From: Candidatus Iainarchaeum sp.
GTDB lineage: Archaea; Iainarchaeota; Iainarchaeia; Iainarchaeales; Iainarchaeaceae
DNA: 64,000 nt
Assembly: GCA_016202305.1 (NCBI GenBank)
Contig: JACQPB010000034.1
Span: 27,262-91,261 of the forward strand
Direction: 5' to 3'
Shown here: positions 1 through 10,457 of the stretch, piece by piece
Layout: every line of letters begins with the position of its first letter
Numbering within the stretch: position 1 is the first letter of the stretch
Notes under the pieces: model-generated
What the model was told of the DNA's origin: nothing
Database searches by the model: none
The model's input: only the letters and a program-made list of their open reading frames with translations
Position numbers and translations under genes: made by a program

Positions 1-639
1 TATCCTAAAGTAGGCCTGCAGTGGAATATCCACCTTCACGTTCTTCGGCACGAAAACGAACGAGCCCCCTGACCATACAGCGCTGTTCAGTGACGCGAAT
101 TTATTGTCGTTGAGAGGTATGACTTTCCCGAAGTGCTCCCTGACAATATCAGGATATCTCCTGAGGCCTTCGTCCATCGACATGAAAACTACACCCTGCT
201 TTTCCAGGTCCGCACGGATGCTGCTGTACATCACTTCACTGTCATATTGCGCTTCCACTCCTGCCAGCACTTTCCTTTCGGCCTCGGGTATGCCCAGCCT
301 GTCGAATGTTTTCTTGACGTCTTCCGGGACCTCTTCCCAGCTTCTCCTCTTCTGGCTTCCTGCGCTCATGTAGTAAATTATCTCGTCAAAGTTGATTTCG
401 CTCAGGTCAGGGCCCCACTGCGGCATCGGCCTTTCCGTGAATGCCTTGAGCGCCCTTAGCCGGAAGTCCAGCATCCATCCGGGTTCGTTCTTCATGGCGG
501 ATATTTTCCTCACGGTTTCCTCGTTGAGCCCTTTGCCGAAAACTACTTCGTAGTTCTTGGTGCTGTAGCTGAAGTCGTACTTTGTGTAATCTGTCTGCGT
601 GAGCTGTCTTTCGCGCATCCTGCTCTCGCTGTCGGCCAT
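1..639 (-). CDS. sufB: Fe-S cluster assembly protein SufB (partial; C-terminus beyond window start)
   Basis: Hand translation of the minus strand from the ATG at 639 gives [61 protein letters not shown]..., which matches the SufB N-terminus (INEEVVRAISAKRNEPEWMLEFRL in E. coli). It starts right after the sufC stop. It is not in the ORF track because it runs off the window edge. Confidence 0.8.
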   Translation of the reverse strand, partial: MADSESRMRERQLTQTDYTKYDFSYSTKNYEVVFGKGLNEETVRKISAMKNEPGWMLDFRLRALKAFTERPMPQWGPDLSEINFDEIIYYMSAGSQKRRSWEEVPEDVKKTFDRLGIPEAERKVLAGVEAQYDSEVMYSSIRADLEKQGVVFMSMDEGLRRYPDIVREHFGKVIPLNDNKFASLNSAVWSGGSFVFVPKNVKVDIPLQAYFRI

Positions 640-1416
640 TCACTCCGCCCCCTTGGCCTCGTGGCCGAACTCTTTTATTATCTCGGTGTAGCCTTTTTCC
701 TCAAGCTCTTCGGCTATTTGGTGGCCGCCTGACTTGATTATCCTGCCGTCGTGCATTATGTGCACGAAATCCGGCTTCAGATGCGTGAGTATCCTCTTGT
801 AGTGTGTTATCACGAGCGCTCCGAAGTCCTTCGAGCGCATGCCGCTCACGGTTTCGGAAACGAGCTTGAGCGAATCTATGTCCAGCCCGGAGTCGGTTTC
901 GTCCATTATGGCGATTTTGGGTTTCAGGAGGAGCATCTGGAGTATTTCTGCGCGCTTCTTTTCGCCGCCGGAGAATCCTACGTTGAGTTCCCGCTCGATG
1001 AAGTCCTCGCCCATCTTGAGGGATTTGGCGGCTTCCTTCACTTTTTGCCTGAATTGTATGATGCTCATAGTGTTGAGCGGGTTCCTGGCCTTGTATGTCG
1101 CGTATAGGAACCTGCCGAATGTCAGCCCGCTTATTTCGAATGGGTACTGGAATGACATGAACAGTCCCATTTTTGCCCTCTCGTCTGCTGGCATTCCGAG
1201 CACGCTCTTTCCGTTGAAGAGCACATCCCCTTTCGTGACCGCGTATTTCGGGTGCCCCATTATTACGCTGGATAGCGTGCTCTTTCCGGAGCCGTTGGGG
1301 CCCATTATCGCGTGCACTTCGCCCTGCTTCGCAGAGAGGTTAACTCCCTTGAGTATCTCCTTGCCCTCGATGCCTGCATGCAGTCCCTTGATTTCGAGTA
1401 TGCCCATAACAATCAC
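640..1416 (-). CDS. sufC: Fe-S cluster assembly ATPase SufC (ABC ATPase)
   Basis: Walker A GPNGSGKST, ABC signature FSGGEKKR and Walker B ILDETDSGLD; 258 aa; directly upstream of sufB. Confidence 0.9.
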   Translation of the reverse strand: MIVMGILEIKGLHAGIEGKEILKGVNLSAKQGEVHAIMGPNGSGKSTLSSVIMGHPKYAVTKGDVLFNGKSVLGMPADERAKMGLFMSFQYPFEISGLTFGRFLYATYKARNPLNTMSIIQFRQKVKEAAKSLKMGEDFIERELNVGFSGGEKKRAEILQMLLLKPKIAIMDETDSGLDIDSLKLVSETVSGMRSKDFGALVITHYKRILTHLKPDFVHIMHDGRIIKSGGHQIAEELEEKGYTEIIKEFGHEAKGAE

Positions 1417-1462
1417 GCATCCGCATAATGCCAGTGGATTTCCCTGCCGGGGTGCGGCGGGT

Positions 1463-1792
1463 TCATATCCTTTTCACGCCGGCTTCAGCGAGCATCTGGC
1501 CTGATGCGTCGAACTCCTTGCACACGACGCACATTCCTTCAAAGCCCTTGTCCGAGTTCAGCAGCATGTCGGCCATTTCGCGTATTTTCCGCTGGTCGTT
1601 GTCGCTGAACTTGTGCGAACCTCCGCGCTTGTGCTTGAGGTATTGGCATACCGCCGCTTCCGTGAGGCCGAGCTTCTTCGCGACTGTCTTGCGCGTCACC
1701 TGTTTTTCGTTGATGAGGTAACTTGCTATTTCGCGCCTCACTGCCGGCAGCACATGCCAGCTTATTATTTCGCACGGGAATGTCAGGCCCAT
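1463..1792 (-). CDS. HTH transcriptional regulator with C-terminal CxxC, putative suf operon regulator
   Basis: 109 aa with an HTH-like stretch KTVAKKLGLTEAAVCQYL and C-terminal CVVCKEF. It sits immediately upstream of, and co-oriented with, sufCB. Confidence 0.45.
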   Translation of the reverse strand: MGLTFPCEIISWHVLPAVRREIASYLINEKQVTRKTVAKKLGLTEAAVCQYLKHKRGGSHKFSDNDQRKIREMADMLLNSDKGFEGMCVVCKEFDASGQMLAEAGVKRI

Positions 1793-1900
1793 TTTATCAC
1801 CACAACCAACCCATGATTAACAATTGTTAATAATTGTTTTTAAACGTGTTGGTTCGCCCCATGAATACCCCGTATACGTGGTTTCAGCTTTTTAAAGGTT

Positions 1901-2581
1901 TTGAGGCACAATTGGACCATGTCGCGGCTCAAGGAGATGAAGGCTGCAGGAAACGATGGCGAGTCTTCCGGCCTGCTTTACACTGTCATCGGCGTTGCAC
2001 TCGTGATTGCGGTGCTTGCCGCATTCTACCTCTTTCTTTTCTCCCCTCAGCCTAAATTCGGCCTCGATGCGCTTGAAAAGGGCGGCCACAGTGAGGGCAA
2101 CCCTGATTCAAAGGTTCGCATAGTGGAGTTTTCGGATTTTGAGTGCCCGGCCTGCGGTGACGCTTACGACCAGCTAAAGACGTTTCTTCCCCAGTACCTG
2201 GACAGGGTCAAGTTCACGTACATGCATTTTCCGATAAGCAACCTCCACCCTTTTGCCAAGAAGGCCGCGGAGTCTTCCGAATGCGCCGCGGAGCAGGGTG
2301 ACCATTTCTGGGCCATGCACGACAAGCTGTTCGATAACCGCAGGAACCTCGCGGTCAGCGACCTCAAGGGCTACGCAAAGGACCTCGGCCTCGACACGAA
2401 CGCCTTCAATAGCTGCCTCGAATCAGGGAGGTATGCCACTGCTGTCGCATCATCCTTCTCGCTCGGCCGTGGCTTCGGCGTGTCCGGGACCCCGACGTTC
2501 TTCATCAATGGCGAAAAGGCGAACTTCGATTCTTATGCGCAACTTAGGCAAATCATAGACCAGAAACTGGCTTCGGGCTGA
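1901..2581 (+). CDS. membrane-anchored DsbA-like thiol:disulfide oxidoreductase
   Basis: N-terminal TM helix, then a thioredoxin fold with CPAC (SDFECPACG). True start probably at MSRLKEMK. A T-run follows the stop. Confidence 0.7.
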   Translation: MRHNWTMSRLKEMKAAGNDGESSGLLYTVIGVALVIAVLAAFYLFLFSPQPKFGLDALEKGGHSEGNPDSKVRIVEFSDFECPACGDAYDQLKTFLPQYLDRVKFTYMHFPISNLHPFAKKAAESSECAAEQGDHFWAMHDKLFDNRRNLAVSDLKGYAKDLGLDTNAFNSCLESGRYATAVASSFSLGRGFGVSGTPTFFINGEKANFDSYAQLRQIIDQKLASG

Positions 2582-2680
2582 GCATTCGCGCATTTTTTTT
2601 CACCGGCCTAATGAAAGCACTCACATTAAAAACCTTTTCTGGCGGAATTTCATTCCAGTATTAACTTCGGAGGTTTTTTC

Positions 2681-3511
2681 TTGGAAGCTGACAAATCCAA
2701 TGCGGGTGGGATGAGCCCGTCAATGATGCTCTCGGCGAGCATACTCATATCCGCGCTCGTTCTCGCGGGTGCGCTCTTCTTCGTGGGAGCCGACATAAGC
2801 AAGCAGATAGGCACGATAAAAATAACCGCGGGTTCCGGCCAGGAAGCAGGTGCGCAGCAGGGTGGCGCGCAGACTGCTGGCACGGCCAACACTGGCGGTT
2901 CAGCCGCACAGAAGCAGGTCACTTTCCAGGGCCTCGTGGAGAGCGCTCTGATAATAGGTGACTCGAATGCGAAGGTCACGGTGCTTGAGTTTTCGGATTT
3001 TTCATGCCCGTTCTGTGCTGCCTCGGCAGGCTTCGGCGGCCAGGATGTGATTGATTACTTGAAGAGCCGCGACCCACAGTGGGAGCCGATAGGCCCAAAA
3101 TTCATCGAAGAGTATGTCAAGACCGGCAAAGTCAAGCTGGCAATCAAGTATTATCCGGGTCATGGTACCGGCCAGCAGGCTCAGCTTGTCTCATGGTGTG
3201 CATACGACCAGAATCCGGATTACTTCGCGAAGTTCCACGACATCGCATACAAGAATCAGGGCGAAGCCAATGATGCAGCCAAGATGAAGGGCTATGCTGT
3301 GCAGGTCGGCGCTGACGCTGCGAAGCTCGACGAGTGCCTGAAATCGAACAAATACGTTTCAAGGCTCGACACCGAAGCCGAGGAAGGGAGCGCCATAGGA
3401 GTCAGCGGCACGCCGTACTATTACATAAACAATGCAAGCACCGTGCTGAAAGGGGCCTATTCATATTCTTATATGAAGCAGGCGATTGACGCGGAACTTG
3501 CGAAACAATAG
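2681..3511 (+). CDS. membrane-anchored DsbA-like thiol:disulfide oxidoreductase (second paralog)
   Basis: TM helix, a Gly/Ala/Gln-rich linker, then a thioredoxin fold with CPFC (SDFSCPFCA) and a DsbA-like C-terminal region. Confidence 0.7.
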   Translation: MEADKSNAGGMSPSMMLSASILISALVLAGALFFVGADISKQIGTIKITAGSGQEAGAQQGGAQTAGTANTGGSAAQKQVTFQGLVESALIIGDSNAKVTVLEFSDFSCPFCAASAGFGGQDVIDYLKSRDPQWEPIGPKFIEEYVKTGKVKLAIKYYPGHGTGQQAQLVSWCAYDQNPDYFAKFHDIAYKNQGEANDAAKMKGYAVQVGADAAKLDECLKSNKYVSRLDTEAEEGSAIGVSGTPYYYINNASTVLKGAYSYSYMKQAIDAELAKQ

Positions 3512-3553
3512 CATTTCAAATTCTGCGGCTTCGCGGCCGCATTGATTTTTTTA

Positions 3554-3588
3554 CCCCGGCCCTATTAATGCGCGGCCGGTTTTTTTTG
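3554..3588. terminator. GC hairpin plus T8 run (intrinsic-terminator-like)
   Basis: ccccggccc...gcggccgg followed by tttttttt, downstream of the DsbA-like gene. Confidence 0.4.
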
Positions 3589-3669
3589 CGGCATTGAGTT
3601 GCCACTGTCTCCAGGGCTTTCTTATTTGCGGCCGCGTGGTTTTCCCGCTCTCGCACCAATCGCTTTATA

Positions 3670-3933
3670 ATGGTTTTAAGCACATATTCCTTTGATATGG
3701 CAAGCGTAACCATTTACAGCACGCCTTCATGCGTATACTGCCGGATGGCGAAGAAGTTCTTCGAGGAGAACAATGTGAAGTACACGGAGTACAATGTCGC
3801 CGACGACTATGAAAAGGCCGAGGAAATGATAAAAAAGAGCGGCCAGCAGGGCGTGCCCGTGATTGACATCGACGGGAAGGTAATCGTGGGTTTTGACAAG
3901 GCGGCGATAAAGGAAGCTCTAAAAATTTCGTGA
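3670..3933 (+). CDS. glutaredoxin-like protein
   Basis: 87 aa with a CVYC active site (YSTPSCVYCRMAKKFF) and a GVPV motif. Confidence 0.75.
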   Translation: MVLSTYSFDMASVTIYSTPSCVYCRMAKKFFEENNVKYTEYNVADDYEKAEEMIKKSGQQGVPVIDIDGKVIVGFDKAAIKEALKIS

Positions 3934-4084
3934 AAAAGCAGAATCCTATCCATGAGACATTTTCGGCGGTGGCAATACAATATTTTCTTGGCCTCATGCT
4001 TGAAGCGAATAAACAAATGGTGTAGAAAGAATTCAACCAGAAAAGCGGAAGGCTCAAACGCCAATGTAAAACCGCTTGTTAAAA

Positions 4085-5216
4085 TTACAGGGAATACTCC
4101 CAAATCCTTTTTTCCTTGGCATTCCGGGCATTTGAAATTTCCCCCGCAACATCCTTTAGGAAAATCCTCTTTATTTCTTCAATATCCCTGACTCCGGAAC
4201 CCAGAATCCACATAAGTTTTGTCATGGCTGTTTCGCTAATCATGTCATGCCCTGGAATAGCACCGGCTTCCAAGGCCTTTCTCCCGCATTCATAAAGGTA
4301 CATCCATGAAGACCCTATCGCAGTCTGGGTTGAAACTATTATCGGGACACCGCTTTGCGTAGCCTTCTTTATTTCACCAATAAGTGAATTCTCTTCTATT
4401 GGCACATTCCCCGCGCCATACCCTTCAAGCACCATGCCTTTGTAACCCATTTTAATCAGAACTGAAATGATTTCAGGTTTCATGCCCGGCGTTATCTTAA
4501 CTATGGCAACCTTGTCTTCCATTTTATCGTAAAGCCTTATCTGGCCCATTTTTTTCTTATACGTCTCGCCAGACTTTCTGATATCGTGCTCTATTATCCC
4601 AAGTGGTAGCATACCAATGCTTTCAAACGCCTCGAATTCCAGTTCCCTGATTTTTTTGACCTGTTGCCCCGCAGTATTTTGCTGTTAAAAACAACCAAGA
4701 CCTCACAAATGTCGGTTTCCGTTGCTACCCTGAATGCATCCAGCATGTTCCTCTTTGCATCTGAACCTATTTTATGTGGAGGAACCTGTGAACCTGTAAC
4801 AACCACCGGAAAAGGAAGGTTTTGCAACAAAAATGAAAGTGCCGAGGCGGTATAATGAAGAGTGTCGGTGCCCTGCGTTATTACAACGCCATCGACCTCG
4901 TTTCGCTTCTCATATATTTTCTTTGCGACACTTACCCAATGGTGCGGCTGGAGATTGGACGAATCTGTCATCACAAGATCTACTATGTCCAAATCCGCGA
5001 TTCCGTTTACTTCTGGGATAAATGAAACCAAATCCTCTTCAGTAAAAGCCCCAGGGCTCCATATGAGCCATTGACCATTTTTGCGGTAATAGTCCCGCCC
5101 AAACCGATTAAGAGCAACTTTGGCATATTCAAAAATAACACTGCTAAACTATTTAAATGGGCTTCATATGCCCTAAGCTCTTTTTTTGTGCCTTGAGCAT
5201 GTGTGCGCCATCCCAA
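4085..5216 (-). pseudogene. L-asparaginase (frameshifted; three ORF fragments)
   Basis: The N-terminal fragment carries the GGTIT threonine motif, the middle fragment carries TQGTDTL, and the C-terminal fragment begins at PLG. The three lie in different frames and overlap at 4594-4612 and 5007-5031. Confidence 0.5.
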
Positions 5217-5275
5217 CTCTTATCCTTCATAGCATCGAGCGATATTCAGTGTGCAGTTCTGGCCTTTAGGCTTTA

Positions 5276-6229
5276 TTGATAAAGTTTTTGCAGGGGCTTG
5301 TTCTTATGGAAGAATATGATTTCCTCATAATCGGTGCCGGTTCCGCTGGCCTTCCGGCCGCGATTTACGCTGCGCGCTTCAGGCTCAAAACCCTCGTGAT
5401 TGGCGAGCTTCCCGGCGGCACAATCACGCAGACACATGTTGTGGAGAACTGGCCCGGCGTGATTTCCGCTACCGGCCTCGACCTGATGGATACGCTCATG
5501 AAACATGTGAATGCCAATGGTGTTGAGGTGCTCACGGACAAGGTCGTTTCTGTGGAAAAGAAGGGTGATTTCTTTTTCATCGTGAAGACCGCTGAAGGGA
5601 AGGTGTTCAAGGCAAAAACCATTTTGTTTGCAACCGGTACCTCTCGAAAAAAGCTCAATATTCCGGGCGAGAAGGAATTCGATGGCAAGGGCGTGAGCTG
5701 GTGTGCAGTTTGTGATGGGGTATTGTTCAAGAATAAAGTTGTTGCCGTCATCGGCGGCAGCGACAGCGCCGCGAAGGAGGCCCTCTTCCTTGCCGAGCAT
5801 GCAAGCAAGGTCTACATCATCCACCGTGGGGACAAGATAAGGCCGGAGCCAATCAATGGCGAGCGCGTTAAGGCCAACAGGAAAATAGAGCTGGTGCTGA
5901 ACAAAAACGTGTCGCAGATTTTCGGCGAGAAGTTCGTGAAGGGAGTGAAGTTCAAGGAGGGCGGGCAACTCAGTCTTGACGGCGTGTTCATAGAAATCGG
6001 CGCCACCGCCAATTCCGATTTGGCGAAGAAGATTGGTGTGAAAGCGGATGTGAACGGCGAGATAATAATCGACGAGGCCAGCCGCACTAATGTGCCGGGG
6101 GTTTATGCTGCCGGAGATGTAGCCAACAGGCACTTCAAGCAGGCCATCACGGGCGCTGCCGAGGGTGTCGTGGCCGCGTTCTCCGCGTACGAGGACATAA
6201 ATGCTCCCGCAGTCAAGAAGGGAAAGTGA
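5276..6229 (+). CDS. trxB: thioredoxin-disulfide reductase
   Basis: FAD-binding GAGSAG, redox-active CAVCDG and an NAD(P)-binding GGSDSA motif; 317 aa. Confidence 0.85.
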   Translation: MIKFLQGLVLMEEYDFLIIGAGSAGLPAAIYAARFRLKTLVIGELPGGTITQTHVVENWPGVISATGLDLMDTLMKHVNANGVEVLTDKVVSVEKKGDFFFIVKTAEGKVFKAKTILFATGTSRKKLNIPGEKEFDGKGVSWCAVCDGVLFKNKVVAVIGGSDSAAKEALFLAEHASKVYIIHRGDKIRPEPINGERVKANRKIELVLNKNVSQIFGEKFVKGVKFKEGGQLSLDGVFIEIGATANSDLAKKIGVKADVNGEIIIDEASRTNVPGVYAAGDVANRHFKQAITGAAEGVVAAFSAYEDINAPAVKKGK

Positions 6230-6617
6230 CATTCGAGGTGTTCGTTTGCCTGCAATCGCTATAATCGGCGCTTCTGCCAACCGCGAGAAATTCAGCAACA
6301 AGTGCGTCCGCCTCTACAAGTCGCTTGGGTGGGTGGTTTTTCCAGTAAATCCGAAGGATTCCGAAATTGAAGGCCTCAAGTGCTACAACTCCATTTCCGA
6401 GATTCCCTCGCAGGCTGACAGGGTCTCGATATACCTGCCGCCGCACGTTACCATTTCTATAATTCCGGAGCTTTTGCAGGCTGGCGTAAAGAGCGTCATC
6501 CTCAATCCCGGTGCTGAGTCAGACGAGCTTGTCAAGGGTCTGCGCGACAACGGCATAAACCCTAAGCTCGCTTGCAGCATCAGGATGGAAGGTCGTTCCC
6601 CGGAAGACATCAGGTGA
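6201..6617 (+). CDS. CoA-binding domain protein (start uncertain, probably downstream of the trxB stop)
   Basis: IAIIGASANREKFSNKCVRLYKSLGWVVFPVNP is typical of CoA-binding (succinyl-CoA-ligase-like) small proteins. Confidence 0.55.
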   Translation: MLPQSRRESDIRGVRLPAIAIIGASANREKFSNKCVRLYKSLGWVVFPVNPKDSEIEGLKCYNSISEIPSQADRVSIYLPPHVTISIIPELLQAGVKSVILNPGAESDELVKGLRDNGINPKLACSIRMEGRSPEDIR

Positions 6618-6657
6618 CCGGAACCGTTTTCTGCCTTTTCCCTCAAGCACTCTTAAT

Positions 6658-7644
6658 ATGGTTAGGGCAAAGTTCGGCGGGTTTTCGGGCAATCAGCTGA
6701 CTGAAGCTATTCTGTCGGCGGTTTCCGGCATCGAATTCAAGTCATTCGAGGCAGGCGTCCATTCGCGGGATGAGGCGAAGAAGCTCTCCCTGCGCCGCGA
6801 AACGGTTTCTTTCCTCGAAAGCTCCGGCCACGAGTACGTTCCTAACGGGAGTCCTGACGTTTGCATTCTCGTGGACGCCGAAAACGGGTTTGTCGAGGCA
6901 ATCCCGCAATCTGTTTTCGTGGAGGGTGCGTACAACAAGCTCAAGCGAGGAATAGCGCAGACTTTCCACTACTGCTACAAGTGCAAGGGCAGGGGTTGCA
7001 CGTTCTGCTCCGGGAAAGGCAAGCTTTCAGAGTTGTCCGTGCAGGAAGCCATCGATTCCGTTCTCCTGTCGGCTTTCGGCTCCCGCGAATCGAGGTTCCA
7101 CGGCTGCGGGCGCGAGGATGCAGATGTCCTCATGCTGGGAAAAGGCAGGCCTTTCGTGTTCGAGGTTATAGAGCCGCAAAAGCGCTCATTGGCGCTTCGG
7201 CCTCTTGAAAACATCGTAAATTCCGTATTTCTTGGAAAAGTGCAGGTGCATGGCCTCAAGTACTGCAAAAAGGAAAGGGTAGCGGAGCTGAAAAACACGG
7301 AGTTCGGCAAAATCTACTCCACAAAATGCTCGGCCAAAAAACCGGTTTCGCGGGAGGCGCTCGCCGGGCTTGTGGGAAAGCAATTCCATGTATTGCAGCA
7401 GACTCCTGAAAGGGTGGAGAAGCGCCGCGCAATGAAGGATCGTGAAAAATCCGCGCAAATATCCAAGGCGGAACTGCTTGCCAGCGGCTCTTTCCATGTG
7501 GAAATACTCGCTTCACACGGGCTCTACATAAAGGAGTTCGTTTCCGGTGACAACGGCAGGACAAGGCCGAGCGTTTCATCCCTTCTCGGAATCGAGTGCC
7601 ATTGCGACGAGCTGGACGTGCTGGAGATAGTTTTTGGAAAATAG
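6658..7644 (+). CDS. pus10: tRNA pseudouridine synthase Pus10
   Basis: Zn-binding CYKCKGRGCTFCSGKG followed by THUMP and PUS-like regions; about 330 aa as in archaeal Pus10. Confidence 0.7.
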   Translation: MVRAKFGGFSGNQLTEAILSAVSGIEFKSFEAGVHSRDEAKKLSLRRETVSFLESSGHEYVPNGSPDVCILVDAENGFVEAIPQSVFVEGAYNKLKRGIAQTFHYCYKCKGRGCTFCSGKGKLSELSVQEAIDSVLLSAFGSRESRFHGCGREDADVLMLGKGRPFVFEVIEPQKRSLALRPLENIVNSVFLGKVQVHGLKYCKKERVAELKNTEFGKIYSTKCSAKKPVSREALAGLVGKQFHVLQQTPERVEKRRAMKDREKSAQISKAELLASGSFHVEILASHGLYIKEFVSGDNGRTRPSVSSLLGIECHCDELDVLEIVFGK

Positions 7645-7656
7645 GGCCTCATGCAC

Positions 7657-8610
7657 CTATTCTTCCACATCCACTATACCTGTTTCAGTCACGCGGTAAA
7701 TCGCCTCTCCGTCCGGCAGCGATGGCGAGTCCACGAGCTTTGCAACACGCTTGTCTTCCTTGCTCTTGCGCAGGTATAATCTAGTTTTGGAATTGTGGGC
7801 GACTATGTTCCCCCCGATTGGCGCTGTCGGGTCGCCGAACAATATGTCCGGCCTTTCCATCACTTGATTAGTGACTAACACCGCTATGTTGTTTGCCTCG
7901 GCAAGCTTCATGAGGGTTCTCATGTGCACATTGAGTTTCTGCTGCCTGTCGGCAAGCGTGCCCCTTCCTATGAATTCCGCCCTGAATTGTGAGGTGAGCG
8001 AATCAACTATGAGCAATTTTATGTTTTTTTCCTTTATCATGTCTGCGGCTTTTTCCGCCAAAAGAATCTGGTGTTCGGAGTTATATGCGCGCGCCACATG
8101 GATGTTCTTCATTACCTCTTCCGTGTTTAGCCCCTGTGCCTCCGCTATTGCAGCAACCCTCTCCGGCCTGAAGCTGTTTTCAGAGTCAATGTAGAGACAG
8201 TTGCCTTCAAGGCCGCCTTTTTCTTTCGGCAATTGCACCATTACCGCTGTCTGGAAGCACCATTGAGTTTTTCCCGAGGCATATTTCCCATAGATTTCCG
8301 TGATTGATTGGGTTTCTATCCCCCCATTCAATAGCTCATCAACAGCCTTGCTCCCCGTGGTGAGTCTCCCAACAAGCTTCCTTTTTTCAGCCAGCACCGC
8401 GGCAGTTTCGTACCCAATTTCAAGTGCATCGCGCGCCGCCTTGACTGCTTTTTCAGCTGTTCCTTCCCCCAAACCGGCTGCTTCCTGCAGCTCTGCCGCG
8501 GAAGCCGTTGCAATGTTCTCGAGCGTCTTGTACCCGGCGCTTATCAGCTTCTCCGCCGCTTGCGGCCCTATGCCGGGCAAGTCCTCTATAGTCCTTATCT
8601 CCTTGGCCAT
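7657..8610 (-). CDS. radA: DNA repair and recombination protein RadA
   Basis: N-terminal HhH (IEDLPGIGPQAAEKLISAGY), Walker A GKYASGKTQ, and a VDSLTSQFRAEF motif. The start is taken at MAKEIRT; the longer ORF to 8730 is likely a spurious extension. Confidence 0.9.
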   Translation of the reverse strand: MAKEIRTIEDLPGIGPQAAEKLISAGYKTLENIATASAAELQEAAGLGEGTAEKAVKAARDALEIGYETAAVLAEKRKLVGRLTTGSKAVDELLNGGIETQSITEIYGKYASGKTQWCFQTAVMVQLPKEKGGLEGNCLYIDSENSFRPERVAAIAEAQGLNTEEVMKNIHVARAYNSEHQILLAEKAADMIKEKNIKLLIVDSLTSQFRAEFIGRGTLADRQQKLNVHMRTLMKLAEANNIAVLVTNQVMERPDILFGDPTAPIGGNIVAHNSKTRLYLRKSKEDKRVAKLVDSPSLPDGEAIYRVTETGIVDVEE

Positions 8611-8798
8611 ATTGATTCCTCCTGCATTAGCGGGCTTTCCACGGATTCGCCCCCTTGGCCGGGGGCCCCGCATTGCCCGATGCTTCATTAAGAAATGCAC
8701 CTTTGCTTTATAAATACAAGGAGGGTTCATTGCCGGTGCGGGATTGCTTTGCCAGAAAATCGAAAGGATGTTAATCAGTACATGGACATAGTTATTTC

Positions 8799-9425
8799 AT
8801 GCCGGCGCCCTCAAAGGAGAAGACAAAACCTCAATGGCTGATGAGGGAATGGGCCATTTCTTTTCTCGCTCTCCTCGGGGCAATAGCGGGCATAGTCGTC
8901 GTGCAGGTGAATCTCGAATCTTTTTCCTACGGCTTTGTTTTCTTGGTTGTCCTCTATCCAGCGGCCTTCGTGCTGTTCTTTCTTTTCCTCGCAAGGACAT
9001 TCGGGGTCATCATGCTGGCCATTTTTCCGGAGAAAAGCGCCGGGTCGCTGGAAATAGACGCGGAAAAAATAGTGCTGTCAATGGACAACAACACTGTATG
9101 TGCAATATACCTGAAGGACATCGACCGAATAATTCTTTCCGAAAAATTCAACGGGCTGTACATAAACTCGAAAAACGGCCAGGACTCCTATCGCCTTCCG
9201 CTGTCTTACGCGGACATTGAACAGCGGATAGACGCCATAAACAGCCCGCCGATTTTCAAGAAGGAAGGCCAGCTAATAGAGGGCAACAGCCCTGATTTGG
9301 GCCCCCACAAAAACCTTGAAGGCATAAAGACAAGCTATCGCCAGTACAGGGCCAAGGGCGGGGGATATGAAAGGGAAATAGACTCCGCTCACGGGGCGAA
9401 GACTATATATTATACGAAATTGTGA
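8799..9425 (+). CDS. hypothetical membrane protein
   Basis: Two to three N-terminal TM helices followed by a soluble domain; no recognisable motif. Confidence 0.35.
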   Translation: MPAPSKEKTKPQWLMREWAISFLALLGAIAGIVVVQVNLESFSYGFVFLVVLYPAAFVLFFLFLARTFGVIMLAIFPEKSAGSLEIDAEKIVLSMDNNTVCAIYLKDIDRIILSEKFNGLYINSKNGQDSYRLPLSYADIEQRIDAINSPPIFKKEGQLIEGNSPDLGPHKNLEGIKTSYRQYRAKGGGYEREIDSAHGAKTIYYTKL

Positions 9426-9439
9426 TGCAAAACCCCGCT

Positions 9440-10260
9440 TCATCCCTCGATTCCCTTCTCCGCCCTCGCGTTGCGGCCAAGGTGCAGCTCGTTTTCGCCG
9501 CGGTTTTCCTTCACGTACGCGCCCTCGATGCGCACCTTGGCCCCTTCCCCTATTTCCTCTATGGTGTCGCACATCTCGGCCCACGCTGTCGCGCGCATTT
9601 CCTCAAGGCCCTGCGCTATGATGAAGTTCATGACCTTGCCTTTTCCGCGCTCGTTCTCGAATTCCTTTGCGGGGAATATTTTCTTCACCGTGACTTCCAC
9701 GCACACGTCGTTCATGCCGTGCTCTAGCTCCTCCAGCTTCGATTGCCTCTTTTCAATCCGTGGCGCGTCCTCGTTTTTTGCCAGCGTGACCCTGCTGTTG
9801 TAGTTGAGGCTGAGTTGTAGCGCTCCGTTGTATGAGGAAACTGCGCAGTTCTCCAGCCTGATGACGTCGCTGCTGCCGGCCTTTGCAAGGCCGAACTTTT
9901 CCACGTCGGAGTTCCAGAATGTGGCGCGCACTTCGCCGCTGCCGTCCCAGAGGAGCGCGTTCTGGAGCTGGCCCTTTCTCCCGTTCCTGTCGAACTGTCT
10001 CGGCGGGAACAGAGTTTTTATCCGCGCGACCACATCTATGTTGTTCATGCCTTCCTTGAGGTCAGAAATCCTGGTGGTTTCCGCGGAGGCGCTGCCCGTG
10101 CGGACGCCGAGTTCTTTCGCGACCATTATGGCAGCGCCTGTGTCGGTGAGCAGGCCGGAGAACTTGCCTTTCTTCGCTTCCACCATCTGCCTTATGTCGT
10201 CCTGTGTCCTGCCCGTGCCGCGGGCTATCTCGCCCATGATTCTCTCGTGCTCCGAATCCA
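9440..10260 (-). CDS. replication protein A (RPA, OB-fold ssDNA-binding)
   Basis: Begins MDSEHERIMGEIARGTGRTQDDIRQMVEAKKGKFSGLLTD like an RPA wH N-terminus, then OB folds. The ORF-track start at 10435 is an upstream extension. Confidence 0.7.
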
Positions 10261-10457
10261 TGCCTGTCGAATAATGGAAAGCGCTTAAGTATAAAACCCT
10301 TACCGGCCAAATCATCGAGGTTTCGCAGGGGCGGAAGCCGCGTCTTGAGGGTCGCTTCTGGAGTGATGAAGCAGGGGTTATTGCGCGGCCAGGTGCCCGG
10401 AAAAGCGGTTCGACAAACCTTTTTATAGCTTTCAAATCCTTCTATTCATGGCTGGTT

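Noticed and set aside
407-643. ORF-track ORF (78 aa, MNGRQ...) apparently downstream of sufC
   Set aside because: It is in the wrong frame. The real gene here is sufB, starting at the ATG at 639 in another frame. The listed ORF is R/Q-rich shadow sequence.
5273-6301. 342-aa minus-strand ORF overlapping trxB
   Set aside because: It is antisense to a motif-complete thioredoxin reductase and its translation has no motifs.
8611-8730. N-terminal 40-aa extension of the radA ORF (MNPPCIYKAKVHF...)
   Set aside because: The RadA homology begins at MAKEIRT. The extension is basic low-complexity sequence and overlaps a TATA-like TTTATAAA element, so it is probably 5' UTR or promoter.
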